Source of the DNA: Holosporales bacterium
Lineage (GTDB): Bacteria > Pseudomonadota > Alphaproteobacteria > Holosporales > Holosporaceae
Direction of reading: 5' to 3'
DNA: 64,000 nt
Assembly: GCA_044378415.1 (NCBI GenBank)
Contig: JBILXO010000001.1
Location: forward strand, 11,130-75,129
Shown here: in pieces, positions 30,451 to 39,675 of the stretch
Position numbering within the stretch: the first letter of the stretch is position 1
Layout of the letters: the number at the start of each line of letters is the position of its first letter
Notes under the pieces: model-generated
The model's input: only the letters and a program-made list of their open reading frames with translations
Told to the model about the DNA's origin: nothing
Database searches by the model: none
Program-made: the position numbers and the translations under genes

Positions 30451-31425
30451 TCAGGATTGAATAATGGGCATCAAATTTGGAAAGATCAAAACATTTTTTG
30501 GCAAATCCTTGGCATTCAATGGCATCGGTGAAAGGCTGTGGTCAGATGGCGCCACAAAGCCAGTGGAACTGAATTCGGATGAATCTGATGGCATGATGGT
30601 GTTTTGGAGATTTTTGATGTTTTGGAATCCATGGTTTTGAGGGTCTTTTTGCTCGCCTGAATGCTGTGCATCGGATCTTAAATCTAAAGATTCTCCCATT
30701 TCAGATTTTTGAGAAGGTCCTTGGGTATACACACCCAGTCGTCGGGCCAATAGAATATAGGGCACCAAAGGAGATGTTTCAGATTCTGCCGATGGATTCA
30801 TGTTCCAAATTTCCCCTGTGCGCAAATCCCGCAGCAATAAATTTTCTGGGGCCAACGGTCCAGCCACAACAAAAGGATCCTCGAAAGAACGGGCCAGTGT
30901 CAGTTGAATCTCGATTAAACTGAGGTCCCAAGCCACCAACAATCCCTGCAAGCAATGGGTTGTTCGCAGTGCCAATGCATGAATTTCATCGATCTCATCT
31001 TGATCAACCCACCCCATGGCCATCAAAAAATCATCGTTTGCATGATATTTCAAGGAAGGCGTTATGTACTCAATGAGGGGAGGATCAAATACGATGTCTT
31101 CTGGAATATGGAAATCCTTGGACAAATCTGCATTGGCGCGACTGTGAATGCGCAGTGTAAAGGGCAGAGGGTGGGTTGCCTGCATCAAGGATTCACGCAT
31201 ATTGCGTGTGCCCAAAAAATGGTTTGGGATATTGAGCTGGGTTAATTTTGAAAAAAGAAAAGCTGAAATGCGATGAGAAAGGGCACCCTTTCCAGGAATT
31301 TCACGGGATAGGCCCGTTATGGGACAACAATGGGTATCGCTGAAAAAATGATACACTTGCCCGGGATGATCGCCTTCGTAAATGGTGTGCCCTGGGAATT
31401 GATCAATGATTTTTTTATAGGTCAA
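30451..31425 (-). CDS. SAICAR synthetase (PurC)-like protein, divergent, with a ~90-aa C-terminal extension
   Basis: Colinear with PurC by eye (IYEGDHPGQVY / IPGKGALSHRISAFLFSKLTQLNIPNHFL / LIEY), but conserved motifs are altered. No other pur genes are nearby. Confidence 0.55.
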   Translation of the reverse strand: MTYKKIIDQFPGHTIYEGDHPGQVYHFFSDTHCCPITGLSREIPGKGALSHRISAFLFSKLTQLNIPNHFLGTRNMRESLMQATHPLPFTLRIHSRANADLSKDFHIPEDIVFDPPLIEYITPSLKYHANDDFLMAMGWVDQDEIDEIHALALRTTHCLQGLLVAWDLSLIEIQLTLARSFEDPFVVAGPLAPENLLLRDLRTGEIWNMNPSAESETSPLVPYILLARRLGVYTQGPSQKSEMGESLDLRSDAQHSGEQKDPQNHGFQNIKNLQNTIMPSDSSEFSSTGFVAPSDHSLSPMPLNAKDLPKNVLIFPNLMPIIQS

Positions 31426-31784
31426 AATAATGCATGAATGAATATAGTTTCTTTAGGATAGTAAAAAAAAGGGATCAATGCAATTTATTTCCAACTTATT
31501 GATAATTTTTTTTCAGAATCCCACCCTGCAGATCTGCCATTTTTGATTCCTCATTGGAAAGACCTCGCACCTTGTTGAAAACTGAACTTTTCCTTGATTT
31601 TCAGGGGAAAAAACAACTTTCTTTTGGGTGAAAATTGTTCTGCTCAGGATATTCAATTATTTTAATCAGGACGCTTTGTTTCTGTGTTATTGCATGTTTG
31701 ACAGAAAAAACAAAAACTTTTTATTGCATCCCACATTTAAATGGTGTAAGAATGAATAGGAAATGTAAAATAAAAGGAACTGAT

Positions 31785-32294
31785 ATGAGTAGTCGTTTAT
31801 GGGAAAATAAGGACAACGTTAAAGATAGAGAGCATATTTTGGAAGCTCTTGGCCGTATTGTCGCTTCTTATGTGGCACGCAATGAGATGCAGCCATCAGA
31901 GGTTTCAGGATTTGTTCAACAGATTTTCTCAACCCTCTGCAATCTTCACCACACGCCCAATGTGCGGTCGCTTCCCCAAGCGCCTGTGGATATCGAAAAG
32001 TCCATTACAGCAGAGTATTTGGTATGTCTCGAAGATGGAAAGCGTTTAAAAATGCTCAAAAGACATTTAAGGACTTCCTATGGTTTGACACCAGAGCAAT
32101 ACCGCGAAAGATGGTCTTTGCCTATGGATTATCCTATGGTTGCCCCTAATTATGCAAAAAAGCGCAGCGCTTTGGCTAAGAACAACGGCCTGGGCACATC
32201 GCGCTCACGGGTCTACCAGCAAAATGCAGCCATGGCAACAATGGGCAAAGAATCTGAATTGGTAGAGGGGCGCTCCACTGTTGTTGGGTTCTAG
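31785..32294 (+). CDS. mucR: MucR/Ros-family transcriptional regulator
   Basis: EYLVCLEDGKRLKMLKRHLRTSYGLTPEQYRERWSLPMDYPMVAPNYAKKRSALAKNNGLG is a near-canonical Ros/MucR C-terminal domain. SD AAGGAA precedes ATG 31785. The ORF track starts at 31635. Confidence 0.8.
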   Translation: MSSRLWENKDNVKDREHILEALGRIVASYVARNEMQPSEVSGFVQQIFSTLCNLHHTPNVRSLPQAPVDIEKSITAEYLVCLEDGKRLKMLKRHLRTSYGLTPEQYRERWSLPMDYPMVAPNYAKKRSALAKNNGLGTSRSRVYQQNAAMATMGKESELVEGRSTVVGF

Positions 32295-32373
32295 TATGAG
32301 ATTTCCAGGATCCAAAAGCCTTTAAACGTGGTTTTTTATCCTGGTTTTCAATGACACTAGGGGCCAGTTTGGT

Positions 32374-32416
32374 AAGGCAATGAGAGATTTTTGATTCTTC
32401 ATTGCCTTTCTTTTAT
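32374..32416 (+). terminator. Rho-independent terminator of mucR
   Basis: Perfect 10-bp stem AAGGCAATGA / TCATTGCCTT with a 15-nt loop, followed by TCTTTTATATTT, about 80 nt after the mucR stop. Confidence 0.7.
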
Positions 32417-32604
32417 ATTTGGTACGCCTTTTTTTCGTTTTAGATTCTATCGAAAAATCTAAAAAATACATAATGAATGAAATAATCAAAAAACAGTTTT
32501 AAAATGGTTTTTTCAAAAAAAATACATCCTTTTTTCAAAAGTAGTTTTTCCTTTGAATAGAGTGGTTTCTGCAAACAAGGGAGAAGAGATTTTTGCTGAA
32601 GTGA

Positions 32605-33438
32605 ATGGCGGTTCATTTGTCTGTACAAAAAACAACACAATCGAACAACAAGAAAAGCAAGGCTGTTCTCTTTATTCATGGGGGATCGTGGGAAGCATCT
32701 GAGTATATGAAGGCCAATCTTTCTTCTGAGGCGCTAAAAAGCCACAACGTCCTCTTTATTACCATCAGAGAAGTTGCGGAAAATCTGTTGATGTAAAAAT
32801 AAGGAAAGACAATCACTTTCTTTGGGATGCAGCAGAAAATTTGGAAGTCGTTTTCAAAATTTTGAAAGAAACAGGGCAGAAAAAAGTCAACATCATGGAA
32901 CACCCTTATGGTGGGGTTCTGGTATCAGGATATGCTTCAAAAAATTCGAATAGAGTCAATAAAATGATCCTTTTTTCCTCAATGCCGATGGGTAAAAAGT
33001 ATGCTGGTGTGACCCCGGATTCCATTGGCAAAAAAGACAAGCTGGATGAAAGAAAATCAAAACATTGGGATTAAAGAGGGTGACACCAGAAGCACCAATC
33101 AAAAGCATGGGCTGGATATATTTCCAATTGGAGAAAAGCCAAGAAATGCCTTTAAAAAATCTCTTAATAAGGTGCAAGAAAATTTAAAAAAGAGTGTGCA
33201 ACTAAAAAATAATAATATTTTGACCAAGCGGATGCTTGAAAATGAATTTTTCCAACATGCTCTCAATGGTAAGGGGATCTTGGGTGGTATAAAATGCAAA
33301 ACCTTGATTATTCAAGGGAAACAGGATTGTATATCCATAGAAAATCCGCGCTTTATAAAAAACACCATTGCAAACGCAGTATTGCAAACGATTCCTGACC
33401 GCGGACATTATCCGCACTTGGAGCAACCAAAAAATTGA
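32605..33438 (+). pseudogene. Alpha/beta-hydrolase pseudogene (in-frame stop, frameshifts, lost nucleophile)
   Basis: Three consecutive ORF fragments in different frames: AVLFIHGGSWE (HG motif), VNIMEHPYGGVLVSGYA (GHSxGG degraded to EHPYGG), and KCKTLIIQGKQD...IPDRGHYPHLEQP (catalytic His region). Confidence 0.75.
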
Positions 33439-33888
33439 TCAAGGAGATCCAAGATTTCTTGAAGCAATCTTAAAAAATAATGGCAAAGGCAATCAGAACC
33501 ATGAGGATGATGGCAGTGGTGAGAATGGTTAGAGCGCTGATGTTGATTGGAACCGTGGGGGCGGTCAGAGCCATTGGAGTGATGAGAGCAATAGGATCTC
33601 TTGGTGAGACCCCCCCGCATCACAGTGGGATTTTACTTGCATCACAAGAGGTTCCTGGCCCTGTTCAATAGGCTTTATCCCCAGAGCTATGGCAGAAAAG
33701 GTAGTGAGGAAAAAAAAGCAACAATGTTTTGGAAGAAGATATAAAAACTATGGGTGCTGAGCAATGGCAGGGCCCTGTTAACATGGCGCAAGATTGTAAG
33801 GGCCAGTACAAATGTGATTGTGGCCAAGCTTTGTAGGGATGAATTGCAATGCTCTGAACCAAAGTGATTCCGGCAGGGCGCAATTGTC

Positions 33889-33924
33889 AGGGGGGATTTT
33901 GTCCAATGTCTCCCCCCTTTTTTT
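33889..33924 (+). terminator. Orphan Rho-independent terminator-like hairpin (G6/C6 type)
   Basis: AGGGGGGA - 14-nt loop - TCCCCCCT followed by T7. No intact plus-strand gene lies upstream. Confidence 0.5.
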
Positions 33925-34226
33925 CACCACCGAGACGGCCATTTTTATTGGAACTGCCACGGAAAATTCCGGATACGACTTGTGAAAACAGGCCAAGAGC
34001 GCCCTGTGGCGCCCTGTTTCTTGCCTGATATCTCGTTCAATAATGACAGAATCTACTTCGGCAATAAGACCTTGATAGTGAACCCATGATTTAAAGTAAA
34101 TCAGTCGAGTGCTTCAAAATCCACTATTGTCAGTATTTTCTTTTTCGCAGTCGAGGCTTCTAAAGGATTTTTTACATCGCAATAGCTGTCCTCTTTCCCA
34201 TTTGCCACGTGTAATGTTGCGTTTGT

Positions 34227-35363
34227 TTAATCTTTTTTGGATTCTTCTGGTTGTTCTAGACTTTGAATTGGCTCTAAATTTTTCATTACTTCCCGATGAT
34301 TTGCCTCGAAATTTATTATTGCTTCCCAATTTATTTTTATTTTTTTATTTATTTTAAATTTCGAAAATACATCATCTATTTGGTTGACAATTTCAGTAAA
34401 ATATTTAATTTTATTATTTAATTCATCAATTTTATCAAATATTTCAACTTTATTGACTTCTGTACAGTACTTTAAAGAAACTAGAGTATCTTTTAATCCA
34501 TACAAGTGGCTGTCGATAAAACGTTCGGATTCATTTTCCAAGAGATTAAAAGTTTTTTCAATATTTTCTCTTTGTGATTGCAATATTTCTGAACTATTTT
34601 TCATACTATTTGTAAAATCAATTGAAGATTTTTTAAATGCTTTTTCACTTTCTGATTCAATTTTAAAAGTAGATTCTCTCCATGTAAAATTGGATGGTGT
34701 CGATCTAAAATTGGCCCATATCCATCCAAAATTGGATGCAGTATTTTTAGATGCAGGCAATTCACTAATTTTAACAAAAGAATCTTCGACTGGTGCTTTT
34801 ATTTCAGATCCGTCAGTTTTCAATGAATTTTCATTAGCTACATTGGAATTAATTGATTTCCAAAGATCCTCTATAGCAGATTGCAAATCAATGATCCCTT
34901 TTACAGCCATATGATCTGCTATTTGAAAAATGTAATTTTCCTCATCATTCAATGTGCCATCTTTTGATTTAAATTTAGAAACAAAACGATCACGGATAGT
35001 TTTATCATCGAGGATGTGCAAAATATGACCAACAATGGCTATATTATTTTCGTGAGTAGATTTAACTTTATAATTAAAGGAACCATCAATAAAATAACTT
35101 TTTCCATTGATATTAAATTCAAAATCCTTTCTAGACAATAATGCATCAAGTACATTCCTTGATATATTTTTCACATAAGTAGGGTGAGGGACTTCTTTTA
35201 GAAATTCTTTAAAATCCTCTTTATTTGCCTTGGAAGAATATTTTTTATTGCGCATTACCGGCCCAGTTGGTTCTTTGTAATGTTGCGCATTAAACACAGC
35301 ATGGGTGGAATAGGATGACATTGCCAGAACGGCCATAGCGATTTTTTTATAATTTTTTATCAT
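34227..35363 (-). CDS. Secreted ORFan protein
   Basis: 378-aa ORF, AT-rich, with signal peptide MIKNYKKIAMAVLAMSSYSTHA. It is K/N/E/I-rich and I recognise no family. Confidence 0.65.
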   Translation of the reverse strand: MIKNYKKIAMAVLAMSSYSTHAVFNAQHYKEPTGPVMRNKKYSSKANKEDFKEFLKEVPHPTYVKNISRNVLDALLSRKDFEFNINGKSYFIDGSFNYKVKSTHENNIAIVGHILHILDDKTIRDRFVSKFKSKDGTLNDEENYIFQIADHMAVKGIIDLQSAIEDLWKSINSNVANENSLKTDGSEIKAPVEDSFVKISELPASKNTASNFGWIWANFRSTPSNFTWRESTFKIESESEKAFKKSSIDFTNSMKNSSEILQSQRENIEKTFNLLENESERFIDSHLYGLKDTLVSLKYCTEVNKVEIFDKIDELNNKIKYFTEIVNQIDDVFSKFKINKKIKINWEAIINFEANHREVMKNLEPIQSLEQPEESKKD

Positions 35364-35881
35364 ACATTTAACCTTTTGTTAACCTAAAAATAGCTTAACA
35401 TTGAATTATTCAAAATGCAACTTTAAAAAGTAAAAAATTTTATTTTTACCGTTATTCTATTGCATTAAATCGTTTTTTTGAATAACTATCAGTAGTTTGC
35501 ATTGGAAAAAATATGAACATGGCCTCTATGTTCCACTTTTTGTAAAAAATCAAGAATGCGCCCAAGCCTGATGGATTGGGGTGAACATCATTGGCCCATC
35601 AGGGCCAGGGGAAATGGACAAGCAGGTCAAGCTTGGGACCAATGGAAAAATCAGTTTTGGGGCCAAAATAGATTCACCGGACGGGCCTTATTCAATGGGC
35701 TACTGGGGAGGTGCATCCAAGGACAGTTCTGTGGGTCCATCAACCTTTTTGATCCCCTATTGGCTTCAGAGATGTCTTCATATCTCTACGCGCCATCCAT
35801 ACCACAAATGGTGTATGGGGGGATTGCCTTCACCCAATAGCCCCCATCACCCAATGGTCGTTTGTAAGAACTGTTTTCTCC

Positions 35882-36832
35882 CTAGAGATGGAAATGAGGC
35901 CAATCAGGGCCATAATCCACACGCGTCAAATACAGACCATGGGCTGGGGCTGTGGTGGCGCGCTGCAGCTTTTTCCCAAGGTTTCCCCTTAGGGGCAAAT
36001 CCAAAGAATCCCCTGATGATTCCAATGATTCTGCCAGCTGCAGATTTTCTCCAAGGTTTCTTGCCACAAGGCCATCCAAAGAATCGGCTGATGATGCAAT
36101 CAAAGATGTTCCCAGCTGGGGCTGATCCAAAGCACCCCAACACTGGCCCCCAGGATTCAACAACCTGACCAGATGATCGCACCCCCATTGCCCTCGTCCC
36201 AGGGCCACCAAAGCCCCCACCATGATGCGCACTTGGCGATGTAGAAAAGAACGCGCCGTGACGCGAATGACCAAAGTGTTGTCGCCCCCATCTTCCAGAG
36301 TCAAAGAATCAACTGTTTTCCAGGGAGAAGCGCTCTGACAATCGCGATGGCGAAAATAGGAAAAATCGTGGTGACCCTGCAAGTAAGCACACCCCTCTAT
36401 CATGGCTTGGCGATTCAAAGGTACAGGAACCCACCAAGCCCGCTTTTCTATCAAAGCACTGGCACTGGACCGATTCAATATTATGTACTGATAATGACGG
36501 GATAGAGCAGAAAATCGGGCATGAAAAGGGTGTGGGGCTTGGCAAACCTGTATAATTTTTATAGGAATATCCTTGAGGTAAAAATTCAGGCCTCGACGCA
36601 GGGCATCCAAAGGCCAAACACGGGATAGGTCCATGTGTGCCACTTGGCCCAAGGCATGAACCCCGCTGTCTGTACGACCTGCTGCATACAGCCTGATGTC
36701 CTCACCCACCAATGAACGGATGGCTTGCTCTAGGGTGGTTTGAACGGATGGTTTGTCTTTTTGCCATTGCCACCCTGAAAAAAAGGACCCATCATATTCC
36801 AAGATCAGCGCATATCGATTAATGGTGGACAC
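35882..36832 (-). CDS. truA: tRNA pseudouridine(38-40) synthase TruA with a repeat-derived insertion
   Basis: RYALILEYDGSFFSGWQWQ and AAGRTDSGVHALGQVAH (catalytic Asp), ending TAPAHGLYLTRVDY. The homologous N-terminus begins at GTG 36832. The ORF-track start at 37087 would add 85 non-homologous residues antisense to folC. Confidence 0.85.
   Translation of the reverse strand: MSTINRYALILEYDGSFFSGWQWQKDKPSVQTTLEQAIRSLVGEDIRLYAAGRTDSGVHALGQVAHMDLSRVWPLDALRRGLNFYLKDIPIKIIQVCQAPHPFHARFSALSRHYQYIILNRSSASALIEKRAWWVPVPLNRQAMIEGCAYLQGHHDFSYFRHRDCQSASPWKTVDSLTLEDGGDNTLVIRVTARSFLHRQVRIMVGALVALGRGQWGCDHLVRLLNPGGQCWGALDQPQLGTSLIASSADSLDGLVARNLGENLQLAESLESSGDSLDLPLRGNLGKKLQRATTAPAHGLYLTRVDYGPDWPHFHL
35962..36140 (-). 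repeat. ~75-bp in-frame tandem duplication (about 2.3 copies) inside truA
   Basis: On the plus strand, GCTGCAGCTTTTTCCCAAGGTTTC..ATCCAAAGAATCCCCTGATGAT is followed by GCTGCAGATTTTCTCCAAGGTTTC..ATCCAAAGAATCGGCTGATGAT and a partial third unit. The protein reads SSADSLDGLVARNLGENLQ / SSGDSLDLPLRGNLGKKLQ. Confidence 0.75.
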
Positions 36833-38207
36833 AGAGCTTTTAAAATCCTTATTTAAGGGTTGCGAAACAGGAAAATCCTTTGAAATAATTACAAATCTTT
36901 TAGGCTCATTTGGCAACCCCCAATACCGATTGCCCCCCGTTATCCATATTGGGGGCACCAATGGTAAGGGCTCGACCACAGCTTTTTTGTATGCCGCCCT
37001 CACTGCTGCTGGTTTTCGAGTCCATCGTTTGACCTCGCCCCATTTATGCGATGTAACCGAGCGCATTACCCTGGCCAATGTGCCCATTACAGAGGATATA
37101 ATGGGATCTTATTTGCAAGAAATGGCCCACAGAACCCATGGAGAGATGTCTTTTTTCGAAGCCATTACGGCAACGGCAATCTGGGCATTTTCAGAAACAC
37201 CAGCAGACATAGCCTTAATCGAGGTGGGCATGGGCGGACTGTGGGATGGCACCAATGCGGTGACAACCACCTGTGCCAGTGTGATTACCCCGATTTCCAT
37301 GGATCATCAAGAAATTTTAGGCAAAACCTATGGCGACATTGCCCTTCAAAAGAGTGGCATTATGCGCTCAAATATACCGTGTATCTCTGCTCCACAATCA
37401 TCAGATGTGGCCACAGTAATGGTGCAGCAGGCTAAACGCTTAGGCAGCCCCTTGCTCATGGCTGGGGAAGATTGGTTCTTTGTTCCCCAGGATGAGGGTG
37501 TTCTGGTTCACTATGCTGCATCCGACCCATCAGACAGTGATTTTTTTACCCATGTCGGATTGGTGGGGGCACATCAGCGGGCAAATGCAGCCCTGGCAGC
37601 CATGGTTTTGCATACCCAGCGTGCCCTTTGCGTGCCTTTTTCAGCCATTGACCAAGGATTCCGGTCTGTTTTTTGGCCAGGTCGATTGCAGAAAATGAAA
37701 TCCTCTGTAACTGGAATGACTCAATTGGGCCTCGTTGCGCCATGGCACGAGGCATGGATCGATGGGGCACACAACGAAGGGGGGGCCAGAATATTGGCGG
37801 ATCATATCGTCACAGAAGGGTGGAATTTTGGGGCAGGCTCCAACCAACCCCTGATTATAGTCTTGGGTATTTTGCCTCGAAAAGATCCCGTCTCTTTTTG
37901 GACATTGTTGGCGCAAATGGCCCATCAGGTTTGGGTTTTGGAATCTTGGGGAAAAGAGAAGGGGGTCTCTTTGAATGCTATGCGGTGTGGGTTAAAAGAG
38001 GCTGCATGGTCCAATAATTTGTACCATGGGTCAGATCTTACAAGTGCCCAATGTTGGGCAGAAAAAGCCCGGCATTTTCCCACATTGGAGGCCTTAACAG
38101 AGGCTTCGTTACTGTTGACAAAATCAAGGTTTCTGTTTTGCGGGTCCCTGTATTTGGTGGGAGAAATTTTAAAAAAAGAACAGCAAACTGACCAGAAGGT
38201 CGATTAA
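36822..38207 (+). CDS. folC: Dihydrofolate synthase / folylpolyglutamate synthase
   Basis: Mur-ligase P-loop IHIGGTNGKGST, and DGAHNEGGA. I prefer ATG 36822; the ORF-track TTG at 36753 would be antisense to the conserved truA N-terminus. Confidence 0.85.
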   Translation: MVDTELLKSLFKGCETGKSFEIITNLLGSFGNPQYRLPPVIHIGGTNGKGSTTAFLYAALTAAGFRVHRLTSPHLCDVTERITLANVPITEDIMGSYLQEMAHRTHGEMSFFEAITATAIWAFSETPADIALIEVGMGGLWDGTNAVTTTCASVITPISMDHQEILGKTYGDIALQKSGIMRSNIPCISAPQSSDVATVMVQQAKRLGSPLLMAGEDWFFVPQDEGVLVHYAASDPSDSDFFTHVGLVGAHQRANAALAAMVLHTQRALCVPFSAIDQGFRSVFWPGRLQKMKSSVTGMTQLGLVAPWHEAWIDGAHNEGGARILADHIVTEGWNFGAGSNQPLIIVLGILPRKDPVSFWTLLAQMAHQVWVLESWGKEKGVSLNAMRCGLKEAAWSNNLYHGSDLTSAQCWAEKARHFPTLEALTEASLLLTKSRFLFCGSLYLVGEILKKEQQTDQKVD

Positions 38208-38315
38208 AAAATTAGGTTTTTATTGGTGAGCATAGGTACCATTGACCATCTTTTCCAATTTAAGAGACAAGCATCGTATTTTTTTAGATGCCCATGGCCA
38301 GAGCCCTTTGTGCCA

Positions 38316-38555
38316 ATGGCGATGGAGATCATCCAGACCATGGGCCTGCTGGGTGCCAGCCTGGTGCTGGGGTGGTCCATTTCAGAGATATTGGCCAGGC
38401 TGTTGTTCAAAGTTTGGTCGTCTGGATCTATTTCCGAGGCTCGAATCGTGGTCCAAACCAGCGTGGTGGGCTTTTTGCTGCTGCGGTATGTCGTGTGCAA
38501 AAAACGTTTCCATTTCCTTGGATTTGGCGTTTTGGGCTGTTGGGCTTGGTCATGA
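38316..38555 (+). CDS. Small two-helix membrane protein (hypothetical)
   Basis: MAMEIIQTMGLLGASLVLGWSISEILARLLFKVWSSG...; its stop overlaps the next ATG (ATGA). Confidence 0.3.
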   Translation: MAMEIIQTMGLLGASLVLGWSISEILARLLFKVWSSGSISEARIVVQTSVVGFLLLRYVVCKKRFHFLGFGVLGCWAWS

Positions 38556-38722
38556 TTAATTTTTGGCTGCCGATGGACCTATTGGCCAGGCTGTTGTTCG
38601 AAATTTATCCCTCGGGCCCTTTTCGCCCTTCGTGGGGCATTCAAAGAGTCGTCTTTGGATCTTGTTCACCGATATTGGACTGGATCATTCACAAAGATCG
38701 TGGGGATCATTGGAGTTCATAA
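38552..38722 (+). CDS. Small hypothetical protein, partial paralog of the preceding ORF
   Basis: MINFWLPMDLLARLLFEIYPSGP... shares the LARLLF(K/E)(V/I)(W/Y)(S/P)SG motif. The DNA motif TTGGCCAGGCTGTTGTTC occurs at about 38391 and 38581. Confidence 0.3.
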   Translation: MINFWLPMDLLARLLFEIYPSGPFRPSWGIQRVVFGSCSPILDWIIHKDRGDHWSS

Positions 38723-39009
38723 AGCTGTTCTTGCTTTAAAGTTCAGGGTGAGGGGGCAAGGGCCCTAGTAATGTCTCCGTGACATTCCCAGTGACATCAC
38801 ATGATGCTCGAAGAGTGAAAAAGACCCAAGACCACCTAGAACAACTTGAAAAACTGAGTCCCATCATTTATCCGTGGTGTTTTTTCAGGATTTATCTGGT
38901 AACTCACCTGCTGTTTTCAAAGATAGGTGGAATTTTTAAAGCACGTAAGAGACGATTTATTTGATTTTTTTCTAAAAATAAAATAATATATTTTTGTTAT
39001 AATTTTTTT

Positions 39010-39531
39010 TTGCAATATATGTTGTATTTGGATGAAGTGCTGAAGGGTATGTTTGATCCTGTGGGATACCCCTATGTGCTAGCCTATTTTTTTGTGATTA
39101 TTTGTTTGGTTGGCGCTCCATTTTATTGTATGTTGCGGTTTTTTATCCATGTTCTTACAAAAATATGTAAGAATTTGAGCAAAGAATCAATTCATCTGAT
39201 TTCTTTTGCAATTCCTGCCCTGATCTATTCATTGGCGCTGCCCCTCATTATGGGGACGAGCATATCCTTCCGGCTATGTTTGGGCTTTCTTCTGCTTGGC
39301 CTTATTCCAAGCATTCCATTTTATGTGACCCTGTGGTACTTTCTTGGAATTTTTCAAAGGGTGCTTCCAAACCGATCCAATAAATTGACCCAATTGGTAT
39401 CAATCCATTTCATTTCATTTGCAACAACTGCCCTGATTTTTTCTTTAATTCCCCTAATGTTGGCTTTTATTGCGCGCTCTGGTTGCGAAGATGATCATAA
39501 AAATGGGACGTGTTGGTGCCAAAAAATGTAA
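39010..39531 (+). CDS. Membrane protein with internal duplication (hypothetical)
   Basis: 173-aa ORF with 4-5 hydrophobic helices. There is an internal repeat, SIHLISFAIPALIYSLALPLIM / SIHFISFATTALIFSLIPLMLA. Confidence 0.45.
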   Translation: MQYMLYLDEVLKGMFDPVGYPYVLAYFFVIICLVGAPFYCMLRFFIHVLTKICKNLSKESIHLISFAIPALIYSLALPLIMGTSISFRLCLGFLLLGLIPSIPFYVTLWYFLGIFQRVLPNRSNKLTQLVSIHFISFATTALIFSLIPLMLAFIARSGCEDDHKNGTCWCQKM

Positions 39532-39675
39532 ATCCCAGGGTTCAATAGGCCTTGTTGTGATGCTTCCCTGCAAAGAAAAGGGGGGGGTGAAAATAATCCC
39601 GCTCCCCATCGTACTGTTTTTTGACATTTTGTGTGGTATTTTCAAAGATAGATGAAATTTTAGAATTGTATAAAT

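Noticed and set aside
35581-36168. A 195-aa plus-strand ORF overlaps the truA 3' end.
   Set aside because: It is antisense to a conserved gene and to the 75-bp repeats. Its composition (P/G/H-rich) is typical of shadow ORFs.
36833-37087. The ORF-track start of truA at 37087 would give a 401-aa protein.
   Set aside because: The extra 85 residues have no TruA homology and would be antisense to the folC N-terminus, upstream of its GTNGKGS P-loop. The GTG at 36832 reproduces the canonical M..RYALILEYDG start.
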